Positions 9,416 through 18,136 of a stretch of 64,000 nucleotides of DNA are shown piece by piece. Source of the DNA: Vulcanimicrobiota bacterium (GTDB taxonomy: Bacteria > Vulcanimicrobiota > Xenobia > Xenobiales > JADMJV01). The notes beneath the pieces are model-generated. The model worked only from the letters and a program-made list of their open reading frames with translations. It ran no database searches and was not told the origin of the DNA. Where the stretch lies: NCBI GenBank assembly GCA_050250895.1, contig JBFWNU010000001.1:3459247-3523246 (forward strand), written 5' to 3'. Each line of letters begins with the position of its first letter. Position 1 is the first letter of the stretch. The position numbers and the translations under genes were made by a program.

Positions 9416-10531
9416 ATGCAACGACTGCTCGAGGTTGATCTACTTCTAACCATCCTTCACTCGCTGCCCCACGGACTGCTGGTGGTGGACCGCGAGGGGC
9501 AGCTCATTTTTGCTAACAGCCACGCCGAGGAACTCTTCGCTTATCCGGGTGGGGCGCTGACCGGCCAGCCGCTGGAGGCGCTCTTGCCCGAGCGGTTTCG
9601 CGCCGGCCACCGAGCGTTTCGCCAGGCCTATTTCGCGGCGCCCGAACAACGCGCCATGGGCGAGGGCCGCGACCTCTTCGGATTGCGCCGCGACGGCACG
9701 GAATTTCCCATCGAGATCGGGCTCAATCCTCTGAGCGTCGAGGACGATTTGCTGGTGGTAGCGGCCATTGTCGACATTACCCGGCGCAAAGAGCACGAAC
9801 TACGACTGGCCCGAGCCTTTCACACTGCCGAAGAGGTCAACCGCGAGCTGCGACAGTTGACCTACGGCGTCTCTCACGACCTGACCGCTCCTTTGCGTAG
9901 CATCAGCGGCTTCGTTCAGATACTCAAGCGCAAGTGTGCTGAGCTCGATGCCGGCTCGCAAGAGCTGATCGACCGGACCGTGGCCGCGGTCGTCATGATG
10001 CAGGAGCAGTTGTCGCAGCTGCGTGACAACGCAGCCGTGGATGCCCGCAGCCGGCCTTTCACCGAAGTCGATCTCAACGAGGTCATGGGCACCGTCCAGA
10101 TGGCTCTTGGCGCTTCCATCGAAGAGAGCGGAGCCGAGATTCACTGCGACCAGCTGCCCTTCGTGCTGGGCGACCGTGCTCAGTTGATTCAACTCTTCCA
10201 GAACCTGGTCGGCAACTCCATCAAATACCAGCAGCCTGGCCGCACTCCCAAGGTCAGGATCGGGTTCGACGAGTTCAGGTTTTCGGTGACGGATAACGGC
10301 ATCGGGGTGCCGGCTGAGGATTGGGAGCGAGTCTTCATCCTGTTCGAACGCGCTCATGGTCAACCTTACCCGGGCACCGGCATCGGACTGAGCACTTGCC
10401 GCAAGGTGGTGGAGCGGCACGGCGGCAAAATCTGGGTAGAAACCTCCTCGACAGAGGGCACCCAGATCTGCTTTACTCTAGAAGCGGAGAAAGGATCTCA
10501 ACGTGAAGCGAAATCTGATCATGCTCGTTGA
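9416..10531 (+). CDS. PAS-domain sensor histidine kinase
   Basis: N-terminal PAS-like region (GLLVVDREGQLIFANSHAEELF). H-box YGVSHDLTAPLRSI. N and G boxes (GNSIKY, DNGIGV, GTGIGLS). Confidence 0.85.
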   Translation: MQRLLEVDLLLTILHSLPHGLLVVDREGQLIFANSHAEELFAYPGGALTGQPLEALLPERFRAGHRAFRQAYFAAPEQRAMGEGRDLFGLRRDGTEFPIEIGLNPLSVEDDLLVVAAIVDITRRKEHELRLARAFHTAEEVNRELRQLTYGVSHDLTAPLRSISGFVQILKRKCAELDAGSQELIDRTVAAVVMMQEQLSQLRDNAAVDARSRPFTEVDLNEVMGTVQMALGASIEESGAEIHCDQLPFVLGDRAQLIQLFQNLVGNSIKYQQPGRTPKVRIGFDEFRFSVTDNGIGVPAEDWERVFILFERAHGQPYPGTGIGLSTCRKVVERHGGKIWVETSSTEGTQICFTLEAEKGSQREAKSDHAR

Positions 10532-10916
10532 TGACAGCTTCAACGACGCACTCCTGGCGCAAGAGGCTGTCTCGCTAGCAAACCTTCAGGTCGAGCTTCG
10601 CCATGTCGAAAGTGGGCAAGCCTGCCTGGGTGAACTCAAAAACGCCGACCACCCTCGCCCCGACCTGGTCCTGTTAGACTTGAACATGCCCGGAGTCAAC
10701 GGCTTCGAAGTGCTCAAAGCCTTGCGCGACGATCCCGAGCTTCGTCCCTTGCCAGTGGTCGTGCTGACCAGTTCAGATGCGCCAGACGATGTAGCTCAGG
10801 CCTATGAACTCGGCTGCCGTTCCTACATCAGCAAGCCGGTAGACTTCGACCGTTTCATCCGTGTGCTCGAGCGGCTCTACCATTACTGGTTCGGCACGGT
10901 GGTCTTGCCGGGATAG
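10503..10916 (+). CDS. Single-domain response regulator (receiver)
   Basis: GTG start. IMLVDDS acidic pocket, LLDLNMPGVNG phospho-acceptor Asp, SYISKP lysine. Overlaps the kinase gene by 29 nt. Confidence 0.85.
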   Translation: MKRNLIMLVDDSFNDALLAQEAVSLANLQVELRHVESGQACLGELKNADHPRPDLVLLDLNMPGVNGFEVLKALRDDPELRPLPVVVLTSSDAPDDVAQAYELGCRSYISKPVDFDRFIRVLERLYHYWFGTVVLPG

Positions 10917-10922
10917 CCGGGC

Positions 10923-12014
10923 GTGATCTACCTCGATTGGGCCGCCACTGCTCCCCTTCGGCCCGAGGCGCTCGAGGCCATGTTGCCTTACTTGCAGACG
11001 CGTTTCGGAAACCCCTCTGGCTTGCATCGTTTGGCCCGGCAGGCTCGCCAGGCGGTCGAGTCGGCGCGGGAGAAGGTGTGCACCCTGACGGGGGCCAGTA
11101 CGGTGGTCTTCACCTCAGGGGGCACCGAGGCCATCAATCAGGCCATCGCCGGCCTGGCCGGCGGAGGGCATCTGGTCACCAGCACTGTCGAGCACAGCGC
11201 CGTGCTGCGCGCCAGTGAGCGGTCGCAGCGGGTGGACCGGGTGGCCGTCGATGGCGAGGGCCGCTGGAGCCAGGCCGAGGTATTGGCTCGGCTAAAGCCC
11301 GACACAAGACTGGTCAGTTTGATGCAGGCCAACAACGAGGTGGGGGCCGTCTTTCCCCTCGAAGGCCTGCGAGCGGCCCTGCCCGCCGGGGTGCGCCTGC
11401 ACGTCGACGCCGTGCAGGCGGTGGGCCGCTTGCCTCTCGCCGAGGCCGATTGCCTGTCGATCTCGGCTCACAAGTTCGGAGGCCCCAAGGGGGTGGGGGC
11501 CAATCTCTACTTTGGAGAGGTCGAACCCACGGCCATCCTGGTGGGTGGTGAGCAGGAGGGCGGATGGCGCTCGGGCACCGAGAATGTGGCTGGCATCGTG
11601 GGTCTGGCCACGGCTCTCGAGTTGGCTCTCGGCGAGCAGGCTCAGGTAGTCGACCGTCTCGAGGGTTTGAGTCAGCGTCTGCTAGAGCTGTTGCCCGATT
11701 TTCCCCCGACCGGGCCCACTCACCATCGCCTGCCTGGGCTGGTGAGTGTGCTGGTCGAGGGCATTCACGGAGAGGCCCTGGTGGCGGCGCTCGACCAGGC
11801 CGACGTGGCCGCCTCGACCGGTTCGGCGTGTAGCCTGGCCAGACCAGGCGTATCCCATGTCTTGCAGGCCATGGGTTATCCGGTGGAAAAGGCGCGCTCG
11901 AGTTTGCGACTGAGTCTTGGGTCGCAAACCACTATGGAAGAGGTCGAACAGGCCGCGGTCCGGTTGCTCGCTTGCGTCAAGCGGCTTCGGAGCCTGGCCG
12001 GCAAAGATGTATAG
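10923..12014 (+). CDS. Cysteine desulfurase (NifS/IscS-like, class V aminotransferase)
   Basis: IYLDWAATAP N-terminus, SAHKFGGPKG PLP-lysine motif, SSLRLSLG near the C-terminus. 363 aa. Confidence 0.88.
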   Translation: MIYLDWAATAPLRPEALEAMLPYLQTRFGNPSGLHRLARQARQAVESAREKVCTLTGASTVVFTSGGTEAINQAIAGLAGGGHLVTSTVEHSAVLRASERSQRVDRVAVDGEGRWSQAEVLARLKPDTRLVSLMQANNEVGAVFPLEGLRAALPAGVRLHVDAVQAVGRLPLAEADCLSISAHKFGGPKGVGANLYFGEVEPTAILVGGEQEGGWRSGTENVAGIVGLATALELALGEQAQVVDRLEGLSQRLLELLPDFPPTGPTHHRLPGLVSVLVEGIHGEALVAALDQADVAASTGSACSLARPGVSHVLQAMGYPVEKARSSLRLSLGSQTTMEEVEQAAVRLLACVKRLRSLAGKDV

Positions 12015-12369
12015 CGAAGCAGTTCTCGAGCATTTCCACCAGCCAGCCGGTGTGGGCCGACTGGAAAACTACGACGGGCGGGCCCGTTGCTCGAACCCGG
12101 TTTGTGGCGACGAGGTCGAGTTATGGCTAGCTTTGGAGGCCGGCAAAGTGGCCGAATTCGCCTTTCAGGCCAGCGGTTGCGTGGCCACGGTGGCCAGCCT
12201 GAGCTGTCTGTGCGGTCTGGTCAAGGGCGCAACTCTCGAGCGCGCAATGACTTTAACCAAAGAGGACCTTCTCGATCAGTTGGGGGGGCTTCCGAGGAAC
12301 AAAAGCCACGGGGCGGCTTTGGCCATCTCCACCCTGCGCGCGGCGCTGAAGGAAGCAGGCGTTGAATGA
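12007..12369 (+). CDS. IscU/NifU N-terminal-like Fe-S scaffold protein
   Basis: ATG at 12007 overlaps the desulfurase stop by 8 nt. MYSEAVLEHFHQP..., conserved Cys (NPVCGDEVE, SGCVAT). The track ORF start at 11917 lies inside the upstream gene. Confidence 0.82.
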   Translation: MYSEAVLEHFHQPAGVGRLENYDGRARCSNPVCGDEVELWLALEAGKVAEFAFQASGCVATVASLSCLCGLVKGATLERAMTLTKEDLLDQLGGLPRNKSHGAALAISTLRAALKEAGVE

Positions 12370-12462
12370 ATTTCAGAGCTGCCGGTCGCGAGGCGGCGCG
12401 TTTTTTTCCTACAGGCACGAACAGGCGCTCCTTGTTTGATTGTAACGCCATCGGAAAGGTTG

Positions 12463-12468
12463 TATAAT
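12463..12468 (+). promoter_or_regulatory. Candidate -10 box (TATAAT) 8 nt upstream of the ATG at 12477
   Basis: A perfect TATAAT with no SD between it and the ATG. This would give a leaderless or near-leaderless mRNA. Confidence 0.3.
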
Positions 12469-12476
12469 ACCTGCAG

Positions 12477-12800
12477 ATGAAAAAGGTCTACGTCGCCCGG
12501 AAACAGCAACAGGCCGAGGCCGCCCAACTCAAGCAGAAGGCCCTCGAACCGCAAGAGAGGCATTGTCATATCCTCGACAAGAAAGTCAACATCTTAGTCG
12601 AGTATCCTGACTACAAGAATCCCCACTACAAAGGGCCTGAGGGCGCGATCTATTGCGAGAATATCATCGAGTGTTTTCAGAATAACATCGAATGCCGCTA
12701 CAGCGGGATCTCGCCGCTCTATCCCGACCCCTTCATCCCGCGCGAGAAGAAGCCAGACGAAGAGACCGAGGGCGAAGAAGAGGCAGCACCCGAAGAATAG
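12477..12800 (+). CDS. Small hypothetical protein with four Cys and an acidic C-terminal tail
   Basis: 107 aa: basic, coiled N-terminus, Cys at HCH, YCEN, ECF and ECRY, then a tail EKKPDEETEGEEEAAPEE. Noticeably less GC-rich than its neighbours. No recognisable family. Confidence 0.5.
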   Translation: MKKVYVARKQQQAEAAQLKQKALEPQERHCHILDKKVNILVEYPDYKNPHYKGPEGAIYCENIIECFQNNIECRYSGISPLYPDPFIPREKKPDEETEGEEEAAPEE

Positions 12801-12957
12801 GGGGCTTCCGGTTCAGCCGGCGGAAAACTCGCAAAAAATCGTCTTTCGTTGGACTCGCAGGGCGCTTCATGTTCGATTTCGAGCCGTTTGATGCCGACAT
12901 TCCATGGCGCCATTCCCATGGTTGTGGGAATTGAAAAAAATTCGAATGTTCGGATTG

Positions 12958-12984
12958 TTGAATTTTATTCTCCTGTGTTATAAT
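12958..12984 (+). promoter_or_regulatory. Candidate sigma70-type promoter (TTGAAT, 15-nt spacer, extended -10 TGtTATAAT)
   Basis: Sits in the AT-rich 244-bp intergenic region upstream of the TPR gene. That gene's TTG start at 13044 has GGAGG 7 nt upstream. Confidence 0.4.
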
Positions 12985-13043
12985 CGCCGAGGGTTGACAA
13001 CTGCCTATTTACCCCATGGGTAAACAAGTTTGGGGAGGACGGC

Positions 13044-15026
13044 TTGAGCTACGTACTTTTTCGGGTCTGCTATGCCCGGCGAGTCCGCGATCCAGAAAAA
13101 AGAGTAAGGTCTCTGCTCGCGAATCTGCGCGACCGAATTCCCGAGATCGAGCCGCATTGGGTGCAGTCGGCTCCTTTCTTTCAGGACCCCGAGGTGGGCG
13201 TGCTGGTTCGGCTGCCTCGCGACGCTTCGGAAGAGGTCATCGACCGTATTCGGGATACTCTCGAGCGGCGCCGCATTCATTTTGAAGAACAGCGACTGGT
13301 GGCCGAAGAGACCCGCGAGCCTTTCGGCGCTTTCATCGAGCGTGAGTCGATCGAGAAGATGGTCGAGGCGGGCAAGGCGTTCTGCCACATCGGCTTATTG
13401 ACCGAAGGCCTCGACGAGTTGCAGACGGCCCTCGAACTCGAGCCGGGCTGCACCGAAGCCTATCACTACCTGGTGGCCATCCTGCGCCAGCTGGGGCGCC
13501 CTCAAGAGGCCGAGAGCTGGCTCTTGCGCGGACTTAGTCTCCATCACGATTCTTCGTCGTATCACTATCTGCTGGCTTCGGTCTTTCAAGAGATCGGCAA
13601 ACTCGACGAGGCTCTCTCGCACCTCAAGCGGGCTATCCGCCTGGACCCCGATTCGGGTATTCTCTATTGCTGCCTGGGCAACGTGTTGCAAAAGATGGGA
13701 CGCGAGCAGGCCGCGCGCCTGGCCTATGAAGAGGCGCTGGCCAAGGAACTCGAACTGGCCGAGGCGGCACTGGGTCTGGGGGGGTTGTTGCTCGAGCAGG
13801 GCCGGCTGGGCGAGGCCATGGATTGGCTGGTCCGGGCCATCTCGATCGACTCCAACTGCGTCGAGGCCCGTTTGAAGCTGGGCTGGTGCTATCTGCATCT
13901 GGGCGAAACCGAGACCGCCGAGATCGAGTTCTTGCAGGTGGCCAACGGCCCGGCCGTCGAGTATCACTTTCCGGCCCGCTTCAGCCTCGGGCGTCTTTAT
14001 GTACTTTCGGGTAACGACGCCATCGCCGAAGAGATTCTCGACGAGATCTGCAGCCAGCAACCTGAACTGGGCGAAGCCCATCGCTTTCTGGCCGAGGCTT
14101 GCAGCAATCTGGGCGATCACGAGAAGGCTTTGACCCACTGGGAGAAGGCGTGCGAGCTGATGCCTGACGCCTTCGAGCAACTGCGGCCTCACATGGCCCT
14201 GGCCCTCTCGCGGGCGGGTCGCCTGGTCGAAGCCGAGGCGGTGCTGCTGGAGGTGCTCGAGCGCACCGGCGCCCGCGCCGACATCCTCGAGGTGCTGGCC
14301 TCGGTGCACATGGCTCGCGAGGATTGGAAGCTAGCCCGTGAGGTGCTCGAACAGGGCGAGGCGGTGGATCCCGAGTCGGCCATGATCGCCTTCCAGCAGG
14401 GCTGGGTGAGCGAGAACCTGGGCGAAACCCGCCAGGCCTTCGCCTACTACAACAAGGCCGTGCGCCTCGACCCCGAACTGTACGAGGCTTATTGCGGACT
14501 GGGCTGGCTCTACTATGAGTTGGGTGACTACGACATCGCCCTGGTCCTGTTCGAGCAGGCCCACCAGCTGGCTCCTGACAACGCCGAGTATCTCGACCAC
14601 ATCGGCTGGGTGAATCTCTTGCTAGAGAATCACAGCGAGGCTCTGGGCTGGTTCGAGAAGGCGGTCAAGCTCGAGCCTGACTGCGCCTTCTTCCGCAGCC
14701 ACCGAGGGGCCGCCCTGTTCCACCTGGGCCTGCACGAACACGCTCGTCTCGAACTCGAAGACGTGCTGGCCGGCGAGGTCGACCCGATGGTCGAGGCCTT
14801 TGCTCGCTATGTGCTGGGCCTGGTGCTCTCGGAAGAGGGCAAGGCAGAGCAGGCCGAAGAAGAGTTCATCAAGTCGACCCAGACTGACGAGCTACCCCCC
14901 GAGTTCGTGGCCATGACCTCGAAAGGGCGGCTGGCTGGCGGCAATCCCTGGCAGAACTACAGGCACGGCGCTCAAAAGGGAGATAGCGCCCTGTTGAGGA
15001 AACTCTCTGGCGTAGTCAACGAATAG
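13044..15026 (+). CDS. TPR-repeat protein (660 aa)
   Basis: TTG start with GGGGAGG SD. Many TPR units (AYHYLVAILRQLGRPQEAESWLLRGL; AYCGLGWLYYELGDYDIALVLFEQAHQLAPDN). Confidence 0.82.
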   Translation: MSYVLFRVCYARRVRDPEKRVRSLLANLRDRIPEIEPHWVQSAPFFQDPEVGVLVRLPRDASEEVIDRIRDTLERRRIHFEEQRLVAEETREPFGAFIERESIEKMVEAGKAFCHIGLLTEGLDELQTALELEPGCTEAYHYLVAILRQLGRPQEAESWLLRGLSLHHDSSSYHYLLASVFQEIGKLDEALSHLKRAIRLDPDSGILYCCLGNVLQKMGREQAARLAYEEALAKELELAEAALGLGGLLLEQGRLGEAMDWLVRAISIDSNCVEARLKLGWCYLHLGETETAEIEFLQVANGPAVEYHFPARFSLGRLYVLSGNDAIAEEILDEICSQQPELGEAHRFLAEACSNLGDHEKALTHWEKACELMPDAFEQLRPHMALALSRAGRLVEAEAVLLEVLERTGARADILEVLASVHMAREDWKLAREVLEQGEAVDPESAMIAFQQGWVSENLGETRQAFAYYNKAVRLDPELYEAYCGLGWLYYELGDYDIALVLFEQAHQLAPDNAEYLDHIGWVNLLLENHSEALGWFEKAVKLEPDCAFFRSHRGAALFHLGLHEHARLELEDVLAGEVDPMVEAFARYVLGLVLSEEGKAEQAEEEFIKSTQTDELPPEFVAMTSKGRLAGGNPWQNYRHGAQKGDSALLRKLSGVVNE

Positions 15027-15028
15027 CT

Positions 15029-15118
15029 GGAGAGTTGGCCGAGCGGTTGAAGGCGGTGGTCTTGAAAACCACTTTGGGGGTAACCTCAACGGGGGTTCGA
15101 ATCCCTCACTCTCCGCCA
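15029..15118 (+). tRNA. tRNA-Ser (anticodon UGA), CCA encoded
   Basis: Acceptor GGAGAGT/ACTCTCC. Anticodon stem GTGGT/ACCAC with loop CTTGAAA (anticodon TGA). Long variable arm. T-arm GGGGGTTCGAATCCCTC. Discriminator G plus CCA. Confidence 0.92.
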
Positions 15119-15120
15119 TA

Positions 15121-15146
15121 AAAACCCCGAGCAATCGGGGTTTTTT
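15121..15146. terminator. Bidirectional rho-independent terminator
   Basis: AAAACCCCGA-gcaa-TCGGGGTTTTTT, with an A-run on one side and a T-run on the other. It lies between tRNA-Ser (+) and the end of the minus-strand sulfotransferase gene. Confidence 0.75.
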
Positions 15147-15160
15147 CGTGAGAGGGGGAT

Positions 15161-15955
15161 TCAAGTCCCCCGCAGTCGTATCGCGGTTTCTCGTTGCAAA
15201 CGCTTGGCCTGGGTCAGCAACCGATAATCCCAGGGAAAGTCATGCTCGACCCTGGCCTGAATGCTGGGCGTCAGAGACTGAAATTTGTCGACCACCTCGT
15301 CCTGGCGGGGGTGCTGCATGCCCAGTTGAACCGAGGCGCCGGCTACCCGGCGGCGGGTGTAGGCGAGGGGCAGGCCCATGCTCGAAAACAGGTGGGGCAG
15401 GTCGTGGTCGAGCGAATCGGCCAGACCCACGTACCAGCAGCGTTCCAGCAAGGCCAGCGCGGCGCGATACGCCTGTTCGCCGGCCAGGGCAAGCCCGGTA
15501 AATCGCCGAGCATAGAAGTCGCAGGCGCTACTGCGCGCCTGTTTGAGGAAGCAGTCGCCATACCACTGTTCGAAAGAGGCAACCGCCAGGCCCCGGCTGC
15601 GGGCGAAGTTGTAGCGGCTGACGCAGCGCTCGGCCGGGTCGCGCAGCACCGTAAAATAGCGGGCTTCTCGGCCGCCAAATCGTTGATGAATTCCATAGTA
15701 GGTCCGGTGCCCGCACAGCACTCGCACCTCGGCCAGTTCAGGGGCGGTCAAATCTTCAAATTGCGGTAGGCCGTGGTGCAGGCGATCTTGATAGCCCCAC
15801 TGGCCTAGATGAAATACCGCTCGATTCCATTCCAAGTGCTGCCAGAGGTGTCCGTTGATGGTCGTGCCGGCCGCCTTGGGCAGATGGAGAAAGACCCAAA
15901 GGACAGGCGCGCTAGTCGGCAAGGCCGACCCCGTCTTGAGCGAGCTCGAGAGCAA
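15161..15955 (-). CDS. Sulfotransferase (family-2-like)
   Basis: 5'-PSB-like FLHLPKAAGTTI and 3'-PB-like TVLRDPAERCVSRY. The ATG at 15955 overlaps the upstream gene by 44 nt; an alternative TTG sits at 15922. Confidence 0.75.
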   Translation of the reverse strand: MLSSSLKTGSALPTSAPVLWVFLHLPKAAGTTINGHLWQHLEWNRAVFHLGQWGYQDRLHHGLPQFEDLTAPELAEVRVLCGHRTYYGIHQRFGGREARYFTVLRDPAERCVSRYNFARSRGLAVASFEQWYGDCFLKQARSSACDFYARRFTGLALAGEQAYRAALALLERCWYVGLADSLDHDLPHLFSSMGLPLAYTRRRVAGASVQLGMQHPRQDEVVDKFQSLTPSIQARVEHDFPWDYRLLTQAKRLQRETAIRLRGT

Positions 15956-17753
15956 TGATAGAACTGGCGTGCATCAACTTGCCGATTCCCACCTCAGAGG
16001 TTTCCATGGCCGACAGAAGTTTGGCCACATTGATGTAGCGAAACGGATGTCGCTCGATTCCCTCGCTCCGCCATTGACGGGCCAGCAAAGCTAGCGCCTC
16101 GCGCACATCCTCCACCCCCTGTTGGGCGCGGACAGGTTCAGCCTTGCTGTTAAAGCGAATCGAGGCGGGCAAGAGTTCGGCCGCCCCAACGCGCATCAGC
16201 CAGCGCGTGACCCCGTCGCGGCAGAAAAGGCGGGGGGGTAGGGCCAGGCAAAACTCTAGAGCCCTCCGATCGAGCAAAGGATAGGCGTAGGCCACACCAT
16301 GCTCTCTGCCACTGGCATACCACTGTTCGAGCCGGGCGGTAGTGCCACCCTGGCGCAGCAGCTGCAGCTGGGTTTCGTGCACGCCGTAAGGCAGGACCCA
16401 GCGAGTGGGGTACCGTTCGCCCCTTCGACTCAGCTCTTCTCTGAGAAAAGGTGAAGGCTTACGGCTGGCGCCGAAGGCCAGCAAGTCGGAAAGATGGTGG
16501 CGCCAGCTTCTGGGGGCCCAGGGCAAGAGGCGATGGAACAGCAGTGGTAAGATGCCCCAGCGCGCGATCTGTTTCCAGGGTTTGCCCCGAGCGCATGCCT
16601 GACGATAACACTCGCGCCATTGGCCCCGCTTGAGCAGGCTGGCCAGCATGCCTCGTCCGTTGAACGAGAACCCCTCGTCACCGCCCCAACCCGACAAAAT
16701 GACCGGCAAACCCCGACGTTGGGCCTTTTGCTGAATGGCCAGTTCCGACACAAGGGCCCTCAAGGTGGGTTGGCAGGCGGGATTGCGACGAAAGAAGTCG
16801 GCCAGGGTCGAAGGGTCATGGCAGGTGGTCTCGAGCTGCATGCCCTCGCTTTCACAGAACTCGAGCAGGGTCTGGAACTCTTGTTCACCCCGGCACTTTT
16901 CGGTCAACCAGGTGAAGGCCAGCGGCGGCGCCAGGCCCTGACGACGACGGCTGCGCGCCGTGAGCGCCGCTACGGCTGACGAATCCAGGCCGCCGCTAGC
17001 GTGCACGGCCACGGCCGGGTAGCCCTGAATGCGATCCTCGACCACTCGCTCGAGCAGTTCTCTGGTGGCTACCAGGTAATCGTCGTCTTCGGCCAGTTGT
17101 AGCTCTGGCAGGTCGTCAGGCCGCCAATACCGAGTGAGACTCAATCCGGCCGCCGTCCATTTGAGGGTGTGGGCGGGTGGCACCTTGAAGATGTGCTCGT
17201 AAAAGGTGCGCTGCGGGTCGACGAAGGCTTTGCGGGAGAGGCTCGTGAGCAAATAGGTCTCGTCGAGCTGGGTCGACGCCTCGGTGGCCAGGAGGGCGCG
17301 CACATCGCTGGCCAGCAGAAAGGCCGTGCCGACGCGGCTGTAGTACAGAGGGCGGCTGCCGATATGATCTCGGCCACACAGCAACGCTTGAGTGCGCTGG
17401 TCCCATAGCGCGAAGGCGAAGTCTCCGTAGAGCTTGTTGGGAAAGGTTTCTTGCCAGTGATGATAGGCGGCCAGCATCGTCTGGCTGGGGTTTGGACTCT
17501 GGCCCCCGACCGAGACCGGACAATCCAAGCGGGCTTCGGCCACCAGGGCCGCTTTTTCATCGGCTACGGGTGAGGCGTTGGCGGCCTCGGGGCCGGTCTG
17601 GTGGAATTTGAGATAGCCCAGGGCAACTCCGGGAGCACACCAGCGGAAGGTGCCATGGGGACCAAAACCGAGCCCCAGAAGCCGTTGCAACATCGCCTCC
17701 AGGCGACCCTGACAGTCTCTGGCCACCGGGTCGACGACCGCCACGATGCCCAC
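15912..17753 (-). CDS. Asparagine synthetase B-like protein, candidate lasso peptide cyclase (C protein)
   Basis: 613 aa with a GTG start. The N-terminus GIVAVV lacks the catalytic Cys of true AsnB (MCGI). PP-loop VHASGGLDSSAVAAL. Sits next to a PqqD-family gene and a lasso-type precursor. Confidence 0.8.
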   Translation of the reverse strand: MGIVAVVDPVARDCQGRLEAMLQRLLGLGFGPHGTFRWCAPGVALGYLKFHQTGPEAANASPVADEKAALVAEARLDCPVSVGGQSPNPSQTMLAAYHHWQETFPNKLYGDFAFALWDQRTQALLCGRDHIGSRPLYYSRVGTAFLLASDVRALLATEASTQLDETYLLTSLSRKAFVDPQRTFYEHIFKVPPAHTLKWTAAGLSLTRYWRPDDLPELQLAEDDDYLVATRELLERVVEDRIQGYPAVAVHASGGLDSSAVAALTARSRRRQGLAPPLAFTWLTEKCRGEQEFQTLLEFCESEGMQLETTCHDPSTLADFFRRNPACQPTLRALVSELAIQQKAQRRGLPVILSGWGGDEGFSFNGRGMLASLLKRGQWRECYRQACARGKPWKQIARWGILPLLFHRLLPWAPRSWRHHLSDLLAFGASRKPSPFLREELSRRGERYPTRWVLPYGVHETQLQLLRQGGTTARLEQWYASGREHGVAYAYPLLDRRALEFCLALPPRLFCRDGVTRWLMRVGAAELLPASIRFNSKAEPVRAQQGVEDVREALALLARQWRSEGIERHPFRYINVAKLLSAMETSEVGIGKLMHASSIIALELAQDGVGLAD

Positions 17754-17857
17754 CTCAGCTCGCTCTCTTCGCCTGACGCATCCGCGCGTTTTTCCACGCC
17801 GCCTTGGCGGCTACCTTTGAACCAGGGTCTGGCACTCCGTGGGCGAATTGGCACAGC

Positions 17858-18136
17858 ATGACACAGTTGAAGCCGACCAGTATCGTAACGCCCAGTGAGA
17901 GCGTCGTGGCCACAGAATTAGATGGAGAGATCGTGATGATGTCGGTGGAATCGGGCAACTACTTCGGGCTCGACGCCATCGCCACCGATGTCTGGAAGTT
18001 GGTCGATGGTCAGCGCTCGGTGGCTCAGATCGTGGACCAGTTGTGCCAGGAGTATGAGGTGGACGGGCAAGAGTGCCTCGACCACGTGCTCGAGCTGTTC
18101 GAGCGGATGCACGAACAGGGTGTTATCAGGGCATAG
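17858..18136 (+). CDS. PqqD-family peptide chaperone (RRE, lasso B1-like)
   Basis: 92 aa from the first ATG: ELDGEIVMMSVESGNYFGLDAIATDVWKLVDGQRSVAQIVDQLCQEYEVD...LELFERMHEQGVI, a typical PqqD/RRE pattern. Confidence 0.82.
   Translation: MTQLKPTSIVTPSESVVATELDGEIVMMSVESGNYFGLDAIATDVWKLVDGQRSVAQIVDQLCQEYEVDGQECLDHVLELFERMHEQGVIRA

Noticed and set aside
15029-15118. tRNA-Sec, because of the long variable arm and a TGA triplet in the anticodon loop
   Set aside because: The loop reads CTTGAAA, so the anticodon is UGA (decoding UCA, Ser), not UCA. The acceptor stem is 7 bp. The long variable arm is normal for tRNA-Ser.
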